This document shows positions 40,139 to 64,000 of a DNA stretch of 64,000 nt, piece after piece; position 1 is the first letter of the stretch, and every line of letters starts with the position of its first letter. Source of the DNA: Amoebidium appalachense (taxonomy: Eukaryota > Protista > Ichthyosporea); contig CAVNZM010000001.1 of NCBI GenBank assembly GCA_963693365.1, positions 7,952,907 through 8,016,906 of the forward strand, read 5' to 3'. A program made the position numbers and the translations under genes. A model generated the notes under the pieces. The model had not been told where the DNA came from. It saw only the letters and a list, made by a program, of their open reading frames with translations, and searched no databases.

Positions 40139-40674
40139 AAGGCATTTCTATCAAACCTCAAACGACCGTGAGGAACGGGTAGCACCAACTAAGAAATCGA
40201 TATACTTTGGGGACAGCTGAAATAAATTTGTAGGTGGAGCGAGAAAAAGGGTTTCACAGTGGGAGGAAAATGATGCTTGGTGGTTGGGGGGGGGGGGGGG
40301 GGGGGGGGGGGGAGCCGGAGGGGAGGGGGAGTGGGGGTGAGGGGGCTAGAGAGGAGAAACAGGAAGGGTGGAGTGCTTGCCCAAACATAGGTATTATTAT
40401 GTTAACACGTGCTGCATGTATTCAAATACTATATGTGGTTTTAAAATAGTGAGAAGAACGGGGACGGGAGGAAGTGTCTCAAAAAAGCTTGCACAAATAC
40501 GGTCCTATGTGGTTAAAAAGAGGCCTCCCGTAAAAAAAAAAGCGGTGAAGGAAGAAGTGTGAAATAGGGCACGAATGAGTTACCCACCAATATAGTTACT
40601 CGGAGTATAAAATAAAGGTGGGTAAAACTCATCTCCAGTGTTGGTTTCTTGCAAGGCTCACAGCGCCGTGTGAC

Positions 40675-40798
<124 letters not shown>

Positions 40799-42855
40799 TA
40801 TGTTTCAGTGGCACGCTCACGCACGTGCACACGTGAATTTGTCAAGGTGAAACTGTCTGTAAGTGTGACTCGGACAAAACTGGAATTTTTTTAAAGGCCC
40901 TAAGTCCTGATCCCGGAGCCGAGCAAGAGGAAACTACTAAAGGCAACAATACTCAAAATGGCAAGTTAAAGTGTGTCTTCAAATTTACAATGTTGACTAG
41001 ACAAGACTTGGTTCTGGTTTGTTTTTACAGAAGAAAGCCTGGGGGGAAAAAAATTGATACTGGCTCGAAAGGCAAAACTTAAATACAGGTTTACGGCCGC
41101 CTACCACCTACTGAGGCGGTGTCTCCCTTTTCTGTTCTTTTTTTCTTTTCTTTTTTTTTTTTTTTTTTTTTGCAAAAAGGGCCGCCCCAAGTAGATGTAT
41201 AACGTCGCACGTGCGGCAACACGTCAGTACGTGTTAGGTTTACGGCAGCCATGAAAGCTGGAACTGATTGTGTTTGAGTAACTCATGTTTATCCCACCTT
41301 CTTCTTTGCATTTGGCTTTTCTTTTTTGGTGTTTTTCTCGTGTTGTTGTCTGACTTGCATGCATATGCAGTGACACAGCATGATACCCTGTATCATGGCT
41401 TTGGAAACGAGACCACCACTCGGAAGCTGTTCTGGTGTACATGTACCGTTGCCAGCCGTCGATTTCAAATTCATCATTCAAAGGAGCACTGAGGTTTACA
41501 ATGAAAGACAATTTTTTTTTTAGGCTACCGAGAGTGGAGCTGCTTCTGTAGCAAGACTAACGTCGTGGCATAGCTCAAATGCTGACAACATGCACCGTGC
41601 ACGGAGGACACGAAACACTATTGTCTATCGTCGGATTGCGAAATTTGCCACCTGCCTCCCCCCCCCCCCCCCCCCCCTCTCCCCCCCCCCCCCCCCCCCC
41701 CAAAACCCGGTCTCCCCCCCCCCCCCCCCCCCCCCCCTTTCCTCCTCCTCCTCTGGCCCCCTCGAGCTCCGCCTCCCTCTCCCCACTCCTTAATCTTTCC
41801 CCTCCCACGAAGATCAATAAAAACCACAACCTATATATAGCTATACATAGGTCTCTGAGTGGGCCTTTTATTTGAGATGGATCAACCATCCCATGTACAG
41901 CATTAACCTCCTCCACCGCGAGTCAGTGTACTGAGCTTGAATGCGGGTGCCATACATGCATGCTGATGCATGACTCGAATCGGGATCCTCCCAGAAACTT
42001 CTCCCCCCCTCCTCCCTCCACCTCGCCCCACCCCTCCCGCGATAGCTTTCGTCTCATTCCGCGGCCTGCGCAGCTGCCGGTGGGCCGCCCTGCTGAGTGC
42101 CCTTGTAACTGACGTCGTGGTACACTCCCTGAACACAAGCACCATATGCGCATACACGGCTCTCGCGATCCGGCGCAAGGCTGCGGGGGCTATGCTCCGC
42201 GGTTTGCTTCAAGTGATGATGTAACTGAGCAGCGGTCAGATTATACCAAGCTACAAAACCTAGGTTAGGCTAAAGACACTCAACAATTGGTGTAAATAAT
42301 TGATAGTAGTCTAACTTTTGACATTAAAGCAGTTTTAAAGATTTTTATCATGTGTTCATCTAGGTAGCAATTCGTATAAATTTTGTTGGCTTATCAAACT
42401 CTGTTCCGACTCAGTTGCTACTTGTGTGTTTGTTCCGTTTGCCGTGTTCCATTTTACAGAAATAGCGATGTTATGTGTGTGAATTACCACATTTGTCATA
42501 CCATATACCTGTTTATACAGTAACTGAAAAACCGCGGCTGGCTCCAAACTTTGATAATAGTAATTACAAACTGCGGCTGATTCCCAAGTCATTGAATGGT
42601 TGAGTTTCACTAGCAAATTTGCATGCACACAGAAAGCACACAACAGCTATAGTTCCATACACGTTTTGCCTCCGAGGCCTATACCCATAAGTGGTTTCAC
42701 GCGTATCTCACACTGTAGTTCTTTCACTTTTTTCTTTTTCAAGAAGCTCCGTACAATTATTTGCAATTTTGTAACGTGGGGCCTACCCAGCCACCAAAAC
42801 GGAGATCCTTGTGTCATCCGCTTTCTTGTTTTTCGTCTGTGTCACCACAATCATT

Positions 42856-47401
<4,546 letters not shown>

Positions 47402-47706
47402 TCAGTTGATAGATTTTGATGGGTGATATATGGGAAGGACGATATATATAAGAATGGGTGAGGGAGTGGAGAGTGGTAAATAATATTTCGTTATTTAGGT
47501 GCATTATTGTATGGATCTCTTAATTTTATGCGTATGAATAAATAAACGAATATGGAGAGGATGGGAGGACAAGGTGGCGGGGAGGGAGGGGGGGGGGGGG
47601 GGGAGGGGGGGGGAGGGGAGGGGGGTAATAGGTCCGAAATGCGTGGCTGTGTATGTATGTGCCTGTTCTCTAGAGCCTTTGTTCGGTACGGGTCAGAACA
47701 ACTTTT

Positions 47707-47777
<71 letters not shown>

Positions 47778-47814
47778 CGCGCGCGCGCGCGCGGGAAGGT
47801 GGGGGTGGGTGGGT

Positions 47815-47859
<45 letters not shown>

Positions 47860-48137
47860 GGGTTGCTAATGTGCCGTGCGCAAATGCGCGTTCCAAAAGG
47901 TGTGGCATAACCGTGTACTAGCCGGAAAATAACCTTAAATAGTAATAAGGTATGCATTTGAAATGCAAAAGGCTAGAAATAGCTAAACATATACAAAGGA
48001 ACTGTAAAGTAAAATAAACATCGAGTGCTTGTGCGCTCGTCAACCTCAGGTATCGAATAAAATGTGTGACAGTAGCTGGAGATATTCTAATTGAAGACCC
48101 CCCCGTGCACAATCCTCCCCCCCCCCCCCCCCCCCCC

Positions 48138-48245
48138 ACTATAGGGCAAGCGTGAAGAGCCCCCCCCCCCCCCCCAACCACTAAGGGCAAGCGTGAAGAG
48201 CCCCCCCCTCCCCCCAACCACTATAGGGCAAGCGTGAAGAGCCCT
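48138..48245. repeat. Three tandem ~41-bp units CACTATAGGGCAAGCGTGAAGAGCCCn
   Basis: Three direct copies separated only by C runs. Confidence 0.8.
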
Positions 48246-48707
48246 CCCCCCCCCCCCCCCCCCCCCCCCCCCCCGCCCGAATTCGTCTTCACACACCAAT
48301 ACAGTTAGTCACGATTAACAGCCGCGCTAGAGTAAGGAACAGCAAATGAATCAGTAACAAGTTGTGCGTAACTTAATGAAAGAGGTACGATGGCTGGTCA
48401 AGCGGGAAGTTTATGCGGCATTATGACACGAAGAACTTCAAGAAATTATATATATGATCATGAATCATGTGAATGCTGTAGTAGTTTTTCCAAGATATTC
48501 ATCATTGGCTTGGCGAGATAATTTCGTTTAAACGTCTGCTCATGTACATGTGTGCGTGTAGTTGGTGCCAGTGTGCATGCATGTGTGCCTGCGTGCGTGT
48601 GTGCGTGCGTGTGTGCGTGTGTGCCAGTATGTGTGCGTGTATGTGCGTGCGCGAACGTGTGTGTGTGTGTGTGTGTGTGCATGTGTGTGTGTGTGTGTGT
48701 GTGTGCA

Positions 48708-48738
<31 letters not shown>

Positions 48739-48812
48739 GTGTGTGTGTGTGCGTGTGCGTGTGTGTGCGTGTGTGTGCGTGTTGATGGTGGTGGTAGTGT
48801 GGATGTTCGGGT

Positions 48813-48854
<42 letters not shown>

Positions 48855-49088
48855 CTGGGAGGCCGGGGTCCGGGAGCCCTAGGGTGGTTGAAGGGGAGGT
48901 GGGAGGGATTGGAGGAGGACCTCTTAGGAGGTGAGGCCCCAGGGGGCCTGGGCCCGGAGAACCCATTTTAATTATTTTTATTTTGACGAAAGGCACATTT
49001 TAGTTCACATTTTTCTGGCCAGCCAATTATATCCATCGCCCTTCATCCGTTTACTCACGACAAACACACGCACACCAGTCTTGCCCCC

Positions 49089-49122
<34 letters not shown>

Positions 49123-50229
49123 CGACGAATAGCAATTATTAAATTCAGCTTAGCATGTCACGGTTCTCGCTTTGTAGTTCACGATACCACGTAACATCCG
49201 TTGGCCCAACTATCGTGGGTGTTTCAATCCTATAAGCTTCAACATTAGCCTGTGAAAGGAAACGTGCCTACCCCCCCCCCCCCCCCCCTTCCCCCTCCCT
49301 CCCCCCTCTCCAAAACCTCCACCCCCCCCCCCCCCCCCTCCCCTCCTTCCCTCCCCACCCCTCCACCTCTACCTCCCCCTGGGCCCTTTATCAAAGGGTA
49401 GTGAGCGCATAGACATTCAGAGAGAGAGAGAGAAATTGGGGGGGGGGGGGGGGGGGGGGGAGAGAGAGAGAGAGAAAGAGACTGAGAGACGGAAGGAGCA
49501 AAGAAAAAGTTTTGTTAAGGATTGTCGCACCCCTGGTCTCCACTGTTCCAATCGTAATCTTACACCTTTGCTCCAGAAATTTGGCAACGAATCTTTCATC
49601 AACACTCCCGTGACCTTCGTTTTGCGTTTCCCTGGTTCGGAGTCCCAGTGCACACTACAGAGTCCTTGGTATATATGTGTTGTGCTACCACTCAACACCT
49701 TGACCTGCCCGGGTAAGCTTTTTTCTCAAACGTTTCTGAAAACATTATTCTCGGGTATGTAAATAATTGCACGTCTGGCATAACTAAGAAAAATATATAG
49801 TGCAAAAACGGAGGGGGAGGGGGGGGAGGGGGGGAGGGGGGAGGGGGGGGAACTGAGAGGGAGGGGGGAGGGGGGGGGGGGGGGAGGGAAGGGGGGAGAA
49901 GGGGGGATGGGGAAAGGAAGTACAAGACAGTAAAAAATTGCTCTACTTCACATGAATAACACATGCACTGCAAGCTTGCACTAGTTGCACTGCAGCTGTG
50001 CAAGAAACATGAATGGGTGCTGTTGGCAGCCGCTCCCACGCGGTCGATTTCGCGCCAAAACTCCGAACATAAAAATTTGGCGGGAACTTTTCTCCAATCA
50101 AAGCTGTATCTATTAGCCATATATAGTTATCCGGTCTGTTCCATAATGCATTCCATTCTTGCGATCCTGACGTGTGTTTGACAGCCCTTGAGGCTTGAGC
50201 CGATTTGTGTCAGACATCATGATCAGACA

Positions 50230-50310
50230 CACTACTAAACCCTCATCTGCCATGCACCACTACTAAACCCTCACCTGCGTGCACCACTACTAAACCCTCA
50301 CCTGCGTGCA
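50230..50310. repeat. Three tandem ~27-bp units (CACTACTAAACCCTCACCTGCGTGCAC) upstream of the F-box gene
   Basis: Three direct copies about 210-290 bp upstream of the ATG at 50521. Confidence 0.85.
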
Positions 50311-50520
50311 TGGCATTTTCGTGCAAAGATCTCAGTCCTATATAGTAGTTTCTGTGGCTTTTTGTTGCTTCGACTTTCTCGCCAACCATTGATGTCAGTG
50401 TTTCATTTGCTACACAACACTGCTCTCCTACCCATCATGGGCACACAAGCCTAATGTATTGATGTCTCATACACCTTCCCTTTTCCTCACCCTTTTTCAT
50501 CCACTCCCTTCACCTTCGAC

Positions 50521-57586
<7,066 letters not shown>

Positions 57587-57879
57587 AAACGAACCCTCTT
57601 TGCGTGTTTGTATGTGGCGCGCGGTGAAAGATGGATAGGTTTGTAGGCTACACGCGAGAGAATTAAGAGTCGAAACAGGCTCTTTTATGGAGGCGTATGA
57701 AGGCTCTTTTATGGAGGCGTATGAAGTACCCTTGCTGGTGGTGGACCCTGTTCAAGGGTATTCTGCCTGCACAATCTGGTTTTGGTCTCTGGTTTTGGTT
57801 GTTGATTGACTTCGCTTCAATGTTTTTATTACCTCTTTTTAGGCGGCAGGCTGGCACACGGGGAGAGGGGAAGGGGGAG

Positions 57880-57920
<41 letters not shown>

Positions 57921-58187
57921 ATGGGATGTTGGTGTGTGTCGTGTGCTTTTCCCGAGAAGTGGTTCCCTGGCAAAGTTGTCGTTTTGTCCTTGGAGTAGTG
58001 TTTAATGTGTAGCACGCACATACACACCCTATTGAGTTGATATCGGAATGAAGTGTCCTAGGAGGGTACGTATGAAGAATGGGCTGATATGCATGGGTCT
58101 CCTTTTTGATCCGGCGGTTCGTTTTCTTTTCTTTTTCTTCTATTATCTTTTCTTTTCTTTTCTTTCTTTCTTTCTTTCTTTCTTTTT

Positions 58188-58247
<60 letters not shown>

Positions 58248-59381
58248 TGGTGGTGGTGGTGGGGGGGGGGGGGGGGGGGGGGGGAGGGGGGGGAGGGGGA
58301 AGAGGAAGAGGGAAGATGGGGGCTTTTGAAGCGTCGAGGTCAACCTTCAGTATCGTGATTCATACAAATATGTGCCCCTGGTTCTTTCGGGTTAGGTTTT
58401 TTTGTTGTTGTTGTTGTTTTTGTTTTGTTCTTGCTGAATAGGGGATGTCACAGGGGGCTGAGCTTGGCGAACAAGGAGTGTTTGATTCTGGTAATTTCTG
58501 GAACCGTGTACGGCTGGCCCTAACAAGGGGGTTTTTTAGAAGGAGATAATATCTGAATGTGCAAAAAAAAAATAAAAAAATGCAATGTGTATATGTTCAT
58601 CGATGTATGTAGATGGTTTCTGATTGTAATGCCATGCATTATGTGAGCTGCCACAAATATTCCATATAAGATGAAATAAATTCGACACAGTCATGCATAA
58701 GAGAAACTGGACTGACCAATTGGAAACCCCACCCCCCCTCCCCACACACACACACAAACACACAAACATGTGTACGCACGCACACACGCACGCACGCACA
58801 CGGGGTGGGGGGGAGGAGGGGGAGGAATAGAACACGGTACACCGACGTTCATGATTATGTCACTTCGTGAAGTGAGGGATAAAATGGCCTAGGTTTTAAG
58901 TAGAGCCGAAAACGGAGCAGGGCTCGGGGAATTGCCAGGAGGACGAAGATCCGGGAAAAAGGGCTTGGGGCACGTTCGGGAACATAGGGCACGGCCAAAG
59001 GTGTGTGCATGTGATATCGTACATGTGTGTGCACGTGTGTGTAAACTGAAGTGGGTAGATCTGCTAGCGTTCGTGTGTGTGCCACACGGAAAAGAGGTGG
59101 TTTTGTTTTCATGTTTTTTTTTTTTTTTTTTTTTTTTGTGGGGAGGGGAGGGGGGGGGGGGGGGGGGGGGGGGGGGTTGGTTGAGGAGAAGGGGGGGGGG
59201 GGGGGGGGGGGGGGGGATGATTGCCAAGATGATCATGTGCATGTTTGTGGTGGGTGCTCAGTGTAGGTGTGTGTGTGTATGTGTCAACGGTCTGTGTGTT
59301 GTCTGTGTCTGTGTGGGATCTGCGTGTGTGTGACACGTGTGTGTTTGTGTGTGTGACATGTGTCACAGTGTGTGTTTGTGC

Positions 59382-59432
<51 letters not shown>

Positions 59433-59564
59433 GTTTTGCAGTTATGTTTGTATGTGTCTGTGTGTCTACCAAGCCGCGTGTCGGTGTGTCGTGTGTGTGT
59501 CAGTGCACGCACACGGGAGTCTATGCACCATATCGATACCCAATCATGGTGTCCATGCTCAAGT

Positions 59565-59609
<45 letters not shown>

Positions 59610-59814
59610 CACGTGTGAATACGTGTGGGTGTGTGCACGCGCGTATGCTTGTGTGCACATGTGTGTGTGTGTGTGTGCGTGCGTGTGTGTTTCTGTGTAG
59701 TATGTGTGGCAGCAGGTGTATGTGCGTGTGTCACAAGTTCCGTGTATGTATGTGCGTATGTGCAAGTATGTGTGTGTTTGTGTGTGTGGGTACATGTGTT
59801 CCTGTGTCCGTGTT

Positions 59815-59905
<91 letters not shown>

Positions 59906-60534
59906 GTACGTGCAAGCATGCGCATGTTTGTGTGTGGGTACATGTGTGCCTGTGTCTGTATTGGTGTGTGTGTGTGTGTGTGTGTGTGCGTGTCTACCTG
60001 TGTGTGTACGTGTGGGCGTTTGTGGATGTTTTTGTGTGCATGTGTGCGGCATGAGTGATTGTGTGTGTGTGTGTGTGTGTGTGTGCGTGCGTGCGTGTGT
60101 TCGTGTGTGCGTGTGTGTGTGTGTGCGTGCGTGCGTGCACCTGTGTTTGTGTGTGCATGTGTGCCGTGTGTGCGAGAGGGCGCACTCTCGCGCACACACG
60201 TGATCTGTGCTCAAATACTTCAGAGAGTTCCATTTTATTGTGCACAGCACCACTTTTATTTCTGTTTTGGAAATAATGAGCCTGATAGGAGAGCGGCTAT
60301 GCCCAATTTGCTTCACACCGCATCTGCCTAGTAATATTATCATGATCCGTTAGAGCGCTTTCTAGGTGCATCACTCTTCCATTAGTATCGATTTGACTAT
60401 AAGGCATCGGCACTCTATATTTTACCATTCGTGCTTACAAAATTAAATCAAAAGAAATGGCTACTACTTAGTCACAGCAAGCACTGTGACCCATTCAAGT
60501 TATGCTTTTGGCCAACTAGTTTCAAATTTTAAAC

Positions 60535-61848
60535 CTAATTAACGAGAACCATAGATTGCTTGCGCTGGGGAGCATGCACATCCTTATACTTGTTGTACAC
60601 CTCCACAAGGTTGGCCACGTACATGGCGTGATACTTCTCGACATCCTCCTCTGTAGGGTTGTCGATCTTAGGGCATTCTACAGGTCTTCCCACAACAGTA
60701 ACCAGAGGTTTACGCACGGGGATAAACCCAAAGGTATACTGGAAAACCCCGCGTCCATGGAAAATAGGGATGGAGTAACCCATCACCTTCATAAGTTTCG
60801 TCTGGATTTTGCGCAAATAGGACCCTTCGTCGCCGTCCACGGCCATGCGGAAAAGGTCGTTTTCGTTGAAGCAGAAAACGGGGACCATTCCTGCCCCCTG
60901 CTGCAGAGCAAGCCTCACAAACCCTCTGCGCTTGTTCAACGTCAGGTTGTTCGTTTTGGGTCGCGCGTCCAGAGCTTCCGAAGCGCCGCCAATGACAATC
61001 AGAGCGGCCTGCCCGTGCCCAGGGTGGCTGAAAAGATACTCGAGGGACTTTCTGCTCACTGCAATTGCTCCCATAGCCATGATAAGTTCGCGAAGAATGG
61101 GGATTTTGAAGTTTTCAACCAGCGTCGCGACGTGGATAGTCACCTCGGGGAAAATACCGCCTACGTTGCTCGCCGAGGACATAAAGTTGGTGATTGCACC
61201 GATGCTGAGAATACCGTGCGGGTGGTACCCGAAAATGTAGTTCTTGTTTGCATCAAGCACGCATGATTCGTCACGGATGAGCTGGGCCGGGAAGTAGTCG
61301 CGCAGGTACACCCACCATTTAAGGTCACGAACCCATTTCACACGGCGGCCACCACGGCTCGGGGCCTTGTCGTAGAAGTAATATAACATGTAGGGGATGG
61401 TGAAAACCCAGAGGACGGGATAGAAGAGACAGATGAGGAAGAGAAGGATACATGTGGGGATCATGGACATAACAGACATGGCCGCCAAAGTCTGAAGTCT
61501 TCGTTCCCACGGGAGGGCGGCTGGGGCGAGTTTGACCCCGGCGAGAACCTTTGCGGGTTGGCGGTGCGTTTCTGAAACAGTTTTGGCATTTTTTTCCTCT
61601 TTAAGTTGGTGTTTTTCGCTTGGTGTTTCATTTTCTGTGGGCTCGTTTTCAGTTGCTTTACCTTCAGTTTGCGAATCTTCAGTGGTTGATGTTGTTTCGG
61701 CCACTTCAGGTTCCTGTTCCACCTTAGAACTGACTTCCTCGATCGAGGGAGTGGCATCGATAGCTGGCGTTTCCAGTTTTTCTTGCACTATGTTTTGCAT
61801 CTCCGCAAGCACAGGAGAGGCTGCTACGTCTGGTGCGTCTAGTGCCAT
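60535..61848 (-). CDS. DGAT2: Diacylglycerol O-acyltransferase 2 (DGAT2/MOGAT family), intronless, 437 aa
   Basis: Single ORF with YLRDYFP, FGYHPHG, IVIGGASEAL, KRRGFVRLAL, VPVFCFNEN and VVGRP motifs, an N-terminal hydrophobic segment and an acidic leader. Confidence 0.95.
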   Translation of the reverse strand: MALDAPDVAASPVLAEMQNIVQEKLETPAIDATPSIEEVSSKVEQEPEVAETTSTTEDSQTEGKATENEPTENETPSEKHQLKEEKNAKTVSETHRQPAKVLAGVKLAPAALPWERRLQTLAAMSVMSMIPTCILLFLICLFYPVLWVFTIPYMLYYFYDKAPSRGGRRVKWVRDLKWWVYLRDYFPAQLIRDESCVLDANKNYIFGYHPHGILSIGAITNFMSSASNVGGIFPEVTIHVATLVENFKIPILRELIMAMGAIAVSRKSLEYLFSHPGHGQAALIVIGGASEALDARPKTNNLTLNKRRGFVRLALQQGAGMVPVFCFNENDLFRMAVDGDEGSYLRKIQTKLMKVMGYSIPIFHGRGVFQYTFGFIPVRKPLVTVVGRPVECPKIDNPTEEDVEKYHAMYVANLVEVYNKYKDVHAPQRKQSMVLVN

Positions 61849-63681
61849 TCTGTAGTTATATCTCTATTTAACGGGGAGACGGGGCGACAAGAACAAGAAA
61901 AGAGAATTGGTATGCTTCAAAGCCCGTCGGATACAATTGGGGTTCTGGTGCTCTGGGGTCTAGTTTATATACTTGTCAAAAGCATTCCAAAGGTAACCAA
62001 TTATAAAAGGGAAAGGAAAGTGATTTGAACAACCAACCAGAATTCACCACGGTTTTCACGTTTCCCCCTGTGATTGGCTTAGATTATTTTCTAGATGATT
62101 CCATTTCAACGATTGGTTGCATGGCTCACCAATGAAAACACGATTATTAGTAAACCATTTTGATTCGCCTAGCGAGCACCAAGTGTGTGAGCACAGCGCA
62201 CGCTGATTGGCGCGATTAGAAACCCGTTTTGACGGCAGGTCTTGAAATAGCGCATATGTATTTTGGCAACTTTGCCTGTATTCCACTTCCACTCAACTGG
62301 GTTATATATATATATATATATAAGTTATAGTGTTTAGGTCCACTGGCCCCGAGTTCAGTGGACCTGGCGCTCCATGTCAGGTGGCTTTTTTCGGTTTCAG
62401 GTGGCGTTTTTGGGTCCAAGTGGCACTGAAATTTCTGGCCCTGTTCACAAATTGACGGTGCCTAATGCGTTTTCCAGCGCAGCCAATCAAATGCAGCTAG
62501 TGACATATGGCTAATTCTTTTTATCTACCCGTTATCCAAAAACAGGCCTGCACTTGATTACTTGGTATAGAAGTGCCACCAAACACAATAACTGATAAAT
62601 ACATAAAAAAAAATTCAGGGGAAAAGGAAAAATAATTCTCAGAAAGCGTGACTACAGTTATAGCGATGATTATAAAAGAAATATACAAATATGTTGCAGA
62701 GAAAGGCGAGCTGGTGTATCTCACTTGCGTACAGACTGAGATATTCCTGACATTCTAAACAGGACGCCATGACGTCAGGGCCGGGAGGGCCCCATCTTTT
62801 TTCCGAACTTTGAGTTTTTTGAAACTTCCCCCCCCCCCCCTGTTCCACAGTCACACGGACAGACGAAAGGCCCCCTTTATATGTTAGCTTAGGCCTCAGA
62901 CCTCCACCGCTCTGTTTTCTTGTTCTTGCCACTATATTTTTCTATGTTTCACTTCGGTTCATCCTTGGCAAAAGCTGGGCCACTAGTTACCCAGCTCGCA
63001 AGCAGAACAGCTTTGGGTAGGCGGGTACTCCAGCCACGGTCAGGTAAGGAACTTTGGTTTAGATCTGTCTTGGATCCACACATGTTTTTGGTCTCATCCT
63101 TTTCTTTACGGCGGGAGTTATTTGATGGAATGAAGAATTGAAGAGAATACCAGTGGTGGCAGCATGTGGCTGACCCCAGTCGGGCTGAATGAAGCTTTGA
63201 GCTGCGTTAAGTCGTAAGGCAAAGTTTGAACTTCAATATTTGCATTTCTTCCCTCCTTTCTCACACCTTCCAGCTGCCTGATAAGTGGGTACCTATATGT
63301 AAGACTCGTTCCTTCCTCCATTAACGCTTCCCTAGCGCCTTTCTACCAATAGATCTCTACCTGGCTCATCGATTCCGTTTGCATGCCTGAGCAGTGCGAC
63401 GGAACACTTTGGCTTGGAGCTGCAGCACGCGCACACACTAAACACAACACGCACGCGTGCGCGCACACACACACACGCACATGCACGCACACACGCACTC
63501 GCAAATTTCTTCATTTCTCTCTCTCTTTTCCCTCCCTCTCCTCTCCCATTCTCTCTCTTTCCCTCTCCCTAGCTCTCGCTCCCTCGCTATCTCTCTCTTT
63601 CTCTCCGCACCTCTCCCTCCCTCCCTCCCTCCCTCCCTCCCTCTTTCCCTCCCTCTCTCCCCCCCCCCCCCCCCCCCCCCC

Positions 63682-63723
<42 letters not shown>

Positions 63724-64000
63724 CTCTCCCTCTCTCTCTTCTCCCTCCCTCTCTCTTTCTCCCTCTCTTTCTCTTTCTCTCCCCCCCCCCCCCCCCCCCC
63801 CCTCTCCCCCCCTCCCCCCCCTTCTCTGTCCCTCTCTTTGTCTCTCTTTCTTTCTCTAGCTCCCCCCTCCCCCTCCTTCTCTCCTTCTCTCCTTCTCTCC
63901 CTTCCTCTTATCACACACACTCTCCCCCCCCCCCAACCCTCCCCCCGTCTCCCTCCCCCTTATCAGGCGTGCCCTCTCCCTCCCTCCCTCTCCCTCCCTC

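Noticed and set aside
48138-48245. CRISPR-like array (also considered for 50230-50310)
   Set aside because: Eukaryotic context, no unique spacers and no cas genes; plain tandem repeats.
57706-57775. SECIS element in the F-box 3' UTR
   Set aside because: AUGA is present on the 5' arm but the opposing GA and apical AA are missing, and the exon-1 TGA is explained by a frameshift rather than readthrough.

Overview
Intron-rich eukaryotic genomic DNA, probably a unicellular opisthokont-type protist (taxon not determinable from sequence). It is saturated with (CA)n/(GT)n, (TC)n and poly-G/poly-C tracts, so most ORF-track entries are repeat artefacts. Spliced by hand, it holds five recognisable genes: a secreted FAD-dependent polyenoic/linoleate fatty acid isomerase-like protein (-), a stand-alone pseudouridine-5'-phosphate glycosidase (PsuG/IndA) homologue lacking its catalytic Lys (-), a DUF3605/GIG1-family protein (+), an F-box/LRR protein (+) and an intronless DGAT2 (-). 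There is also one candidate orphan gene (-). From 7.9 to 19.5 kb lies a nested retroelement cluster: a LINE-type RT element interrupted by a Ty1/Copia element, which itself carries a solo LTR (5-bp TSD) and a tRNA-derived SINE (15-bp TSD). These are followed by a second, inverted, near-identical LINE copy and a probable Gypsy 3' remnant. The most notable points are (CA)n-terminated introns without a pyrimidine tract, the PsuG pseudo-enzyme, the isomerase gene, the SINE, and recurrent inverted-template micro-insertions.
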